Position numbers and translations under genes: made by a program. From Dolichospermum flos-aquae CCAP 1403/13F (GTDB taxonomy: Bacteria; Cyanobacteriota; Cyanobacteriia; Cyanobacteriales; Nostocaceae): DNA of 40,000 nucleotides. The stretch spans positions 4,243,334 through 4,283,333 of the forward strand of contig NZ_CP051206.1 in NCBI RefSeq assembly GCF_012516395.1. The letters are read 5' to 3'. Under the pieces are notes generated by a model. That model was given only the letters and a program-made list of their open reading frames with translations. It was not told the DNA's origin and did no database searches. Shown here piece by piece: positions 39,901 to 40,000 of the stretch. Every line of letters starts with the position of its first letter. Within the stretch, counting starts at the first letter, position 1.

Positions 39901-39942
39901 TTAACTCACATCAAACAAATACTCAACAAACAAGACAAATAA
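36904..39942 (+). CDS. Large hypothetical protein (about 1012 aa), AT-rich, no recognisable motif
   Basis: Uninterrupted ORF. The ORF track starts at GTG 36898, but ATG 36904 has GGAAGG about 6 nt upstream. Lys/Asn/Ile/Glu-rich. I found no P-loop (GxxxxGK[ST]), HD, DEAD, HNH, PD-(D/E)xK or other signature by eye. Confidence 0.7.
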   Translation: MNKITINPDLAHVDYTDLLVKILKILKEKQIFTISPDNQRVLININQVVNEVIDLQPYNPLGNERSVRTATLNFSSGSQDSFSQQIKEITADIQQHLTAAIQKNPENHSTNRVEFIKKLMTDLQTFKGEYKKDEKTKTPILDFTYPFPPATNLEKQRLTVNRNENSQQKQLLKAHNVKFSVDKPRDFQSTLLTGINNFIDIKFAGINSQDREDLEDIIDNLEKNTNSDIYSLENLVNQETLGKLKKLAKIKYLEFLSENIDKNASDDNLKGKIYLEDLIRRLNLLEDHINDSNKADGEYQVSYAGISVNYQTMFSRSEAYDILPIIPNIEGYLGETEDPNREKIEFTLGLKLKFDGKVQAYGGKTVFDYHLNLLNPDSQEHKTEIADDSRKSNFVYKILKIAFLYYFIFASRQNSQAENYHPQSELEYNPLEKFEKDVLPVLRGSDDEAKKKLFKSWIAGFTKLNVREKIKTLKKVLISLIKRETPFPSRDYPVHISVKNSILEDDIDTINERETIFKDALRRNFKDCLKYINIGNATTQKNLLITLPAKISISEIHFLETEDKETFEMEYDIPQGIEVLPVIFLAMKEGSEFYNKNLQHRKLLIFPQRSENDKLEIHQEIIYKITYSLLAYICLHVILEKQSKVFIPLLRIHLKEKTDNAPIEKFIVSLTKVLSHLFNDGYRSNEQGIVITNKVTYKIPNVLSSLYSVVPKKFQLSESDKFAFQELDKIAIIVVSSRETDSTWVTKAKKSNLMGEIITLQMKPKCVRFQLLKTFSENFDDHDKMFEYPTVVVDNVDKLYQKGYRHFIYIAKVPYSSTLHITQTEKDEELFFMSKNVITALTKEKHDIKIYPMFFEKYYAVKVSGIKSTSLYIQDTLELTNLAEDKNKKSVIFFNLFNGIALSEDNHYHGVMSYATLLNIYDGILDDKDIRNGLIYDDSQLKNEILQCLTLFHFSRYEKSRDIQLKLDPYQNLIGDESVSQVALFPHSRSKGNFNSLAFLTHIKQILNKQDK

Positions 39943-40000
39943 AAAATTGTCGGTTGGATTGAGTTTTCGCTTAAACCAACATATCTGAAAATAACCAACA

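Noticed and set aside
36904-39942. PIWI/RNase-H-like reading of the C-terminal third of the 1014-aa protein (hydrophobic strands at aa 732-741 and 807-819 and SYATLL at 915-920, spaced roughly like the Argonaute catalytic strands)
   Set aside because: No acidic catalytic residues sit at the strand ends, and no MID/PAZ-like motifs are recognisable. The spacing coincidence alone is not evidence. It is kept only as one hypothesis for a structure search.
1-40000. rRNA, tRNA, tmRNA, riboswitch, group I/II intron or intein signatures
   Set aside because: None were recognised. The intergenic space is small and largely accounted for by repeats, and the megasynthase ORFs show continuous domain motifs apart from the two repeat insertions already reported.

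Overview
Cyanobacterial, Nostocales-like chromosome segment. It carries HIP1 octamers (GCGATCGC, about 30 counted by eye), heptamer STRR-type tandem repeats and a MITE. Bases 1-30337 form one co-directional biosynthetic gene cluster: two PKS subunits, a 4228-aa hybrid PKS-NRPS, a stand-alone Asp/Glu-type racemase, a 2775-aa NRPS ending in a thioesterase, and a CmlA-like MBL-fold beta-hydroxylase. The cluster probably continues upstream of base 1, because the first subunit opens with a docking-type leader and no loading module is visible. Its unusual property is three embedded luciferase-like monooxygenase (LLM) domains, each in a different context. (i) One is wedged into a DH domain that is also split across a gene boundary. 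(ii) One sits between an ACP and a KR whose catalytic Tyr is His. (iii) One is inserted between cores A4 and A5 of the terminal Gly-type adenylation domain, an MtaG-like layout that predicts a terminal primary amide. Hand-extracted specificity codes suggest Asp, a DARH-type (iso-linked acidic?) residue, a Tyr-type residue and Gly. Two short repeat blocks are inserted in frame inside the megasynthase genes. The cluster ends at an ISAs1-family transposase remnant truncated by a 9-bp/38-bp tandem array. The rest is housekeeping (PP2C phosphatase, NfeD-SPFH pair, Fur-family regulator, purS, purQ) with many repeats, including two identical inverted copies of an 84-bp MITE. It is followed by an AT-rich, HIP1-free 1014-aa ORF with no motif I can recognise. 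No rRNA, tRNA or CRISPR array was seen.
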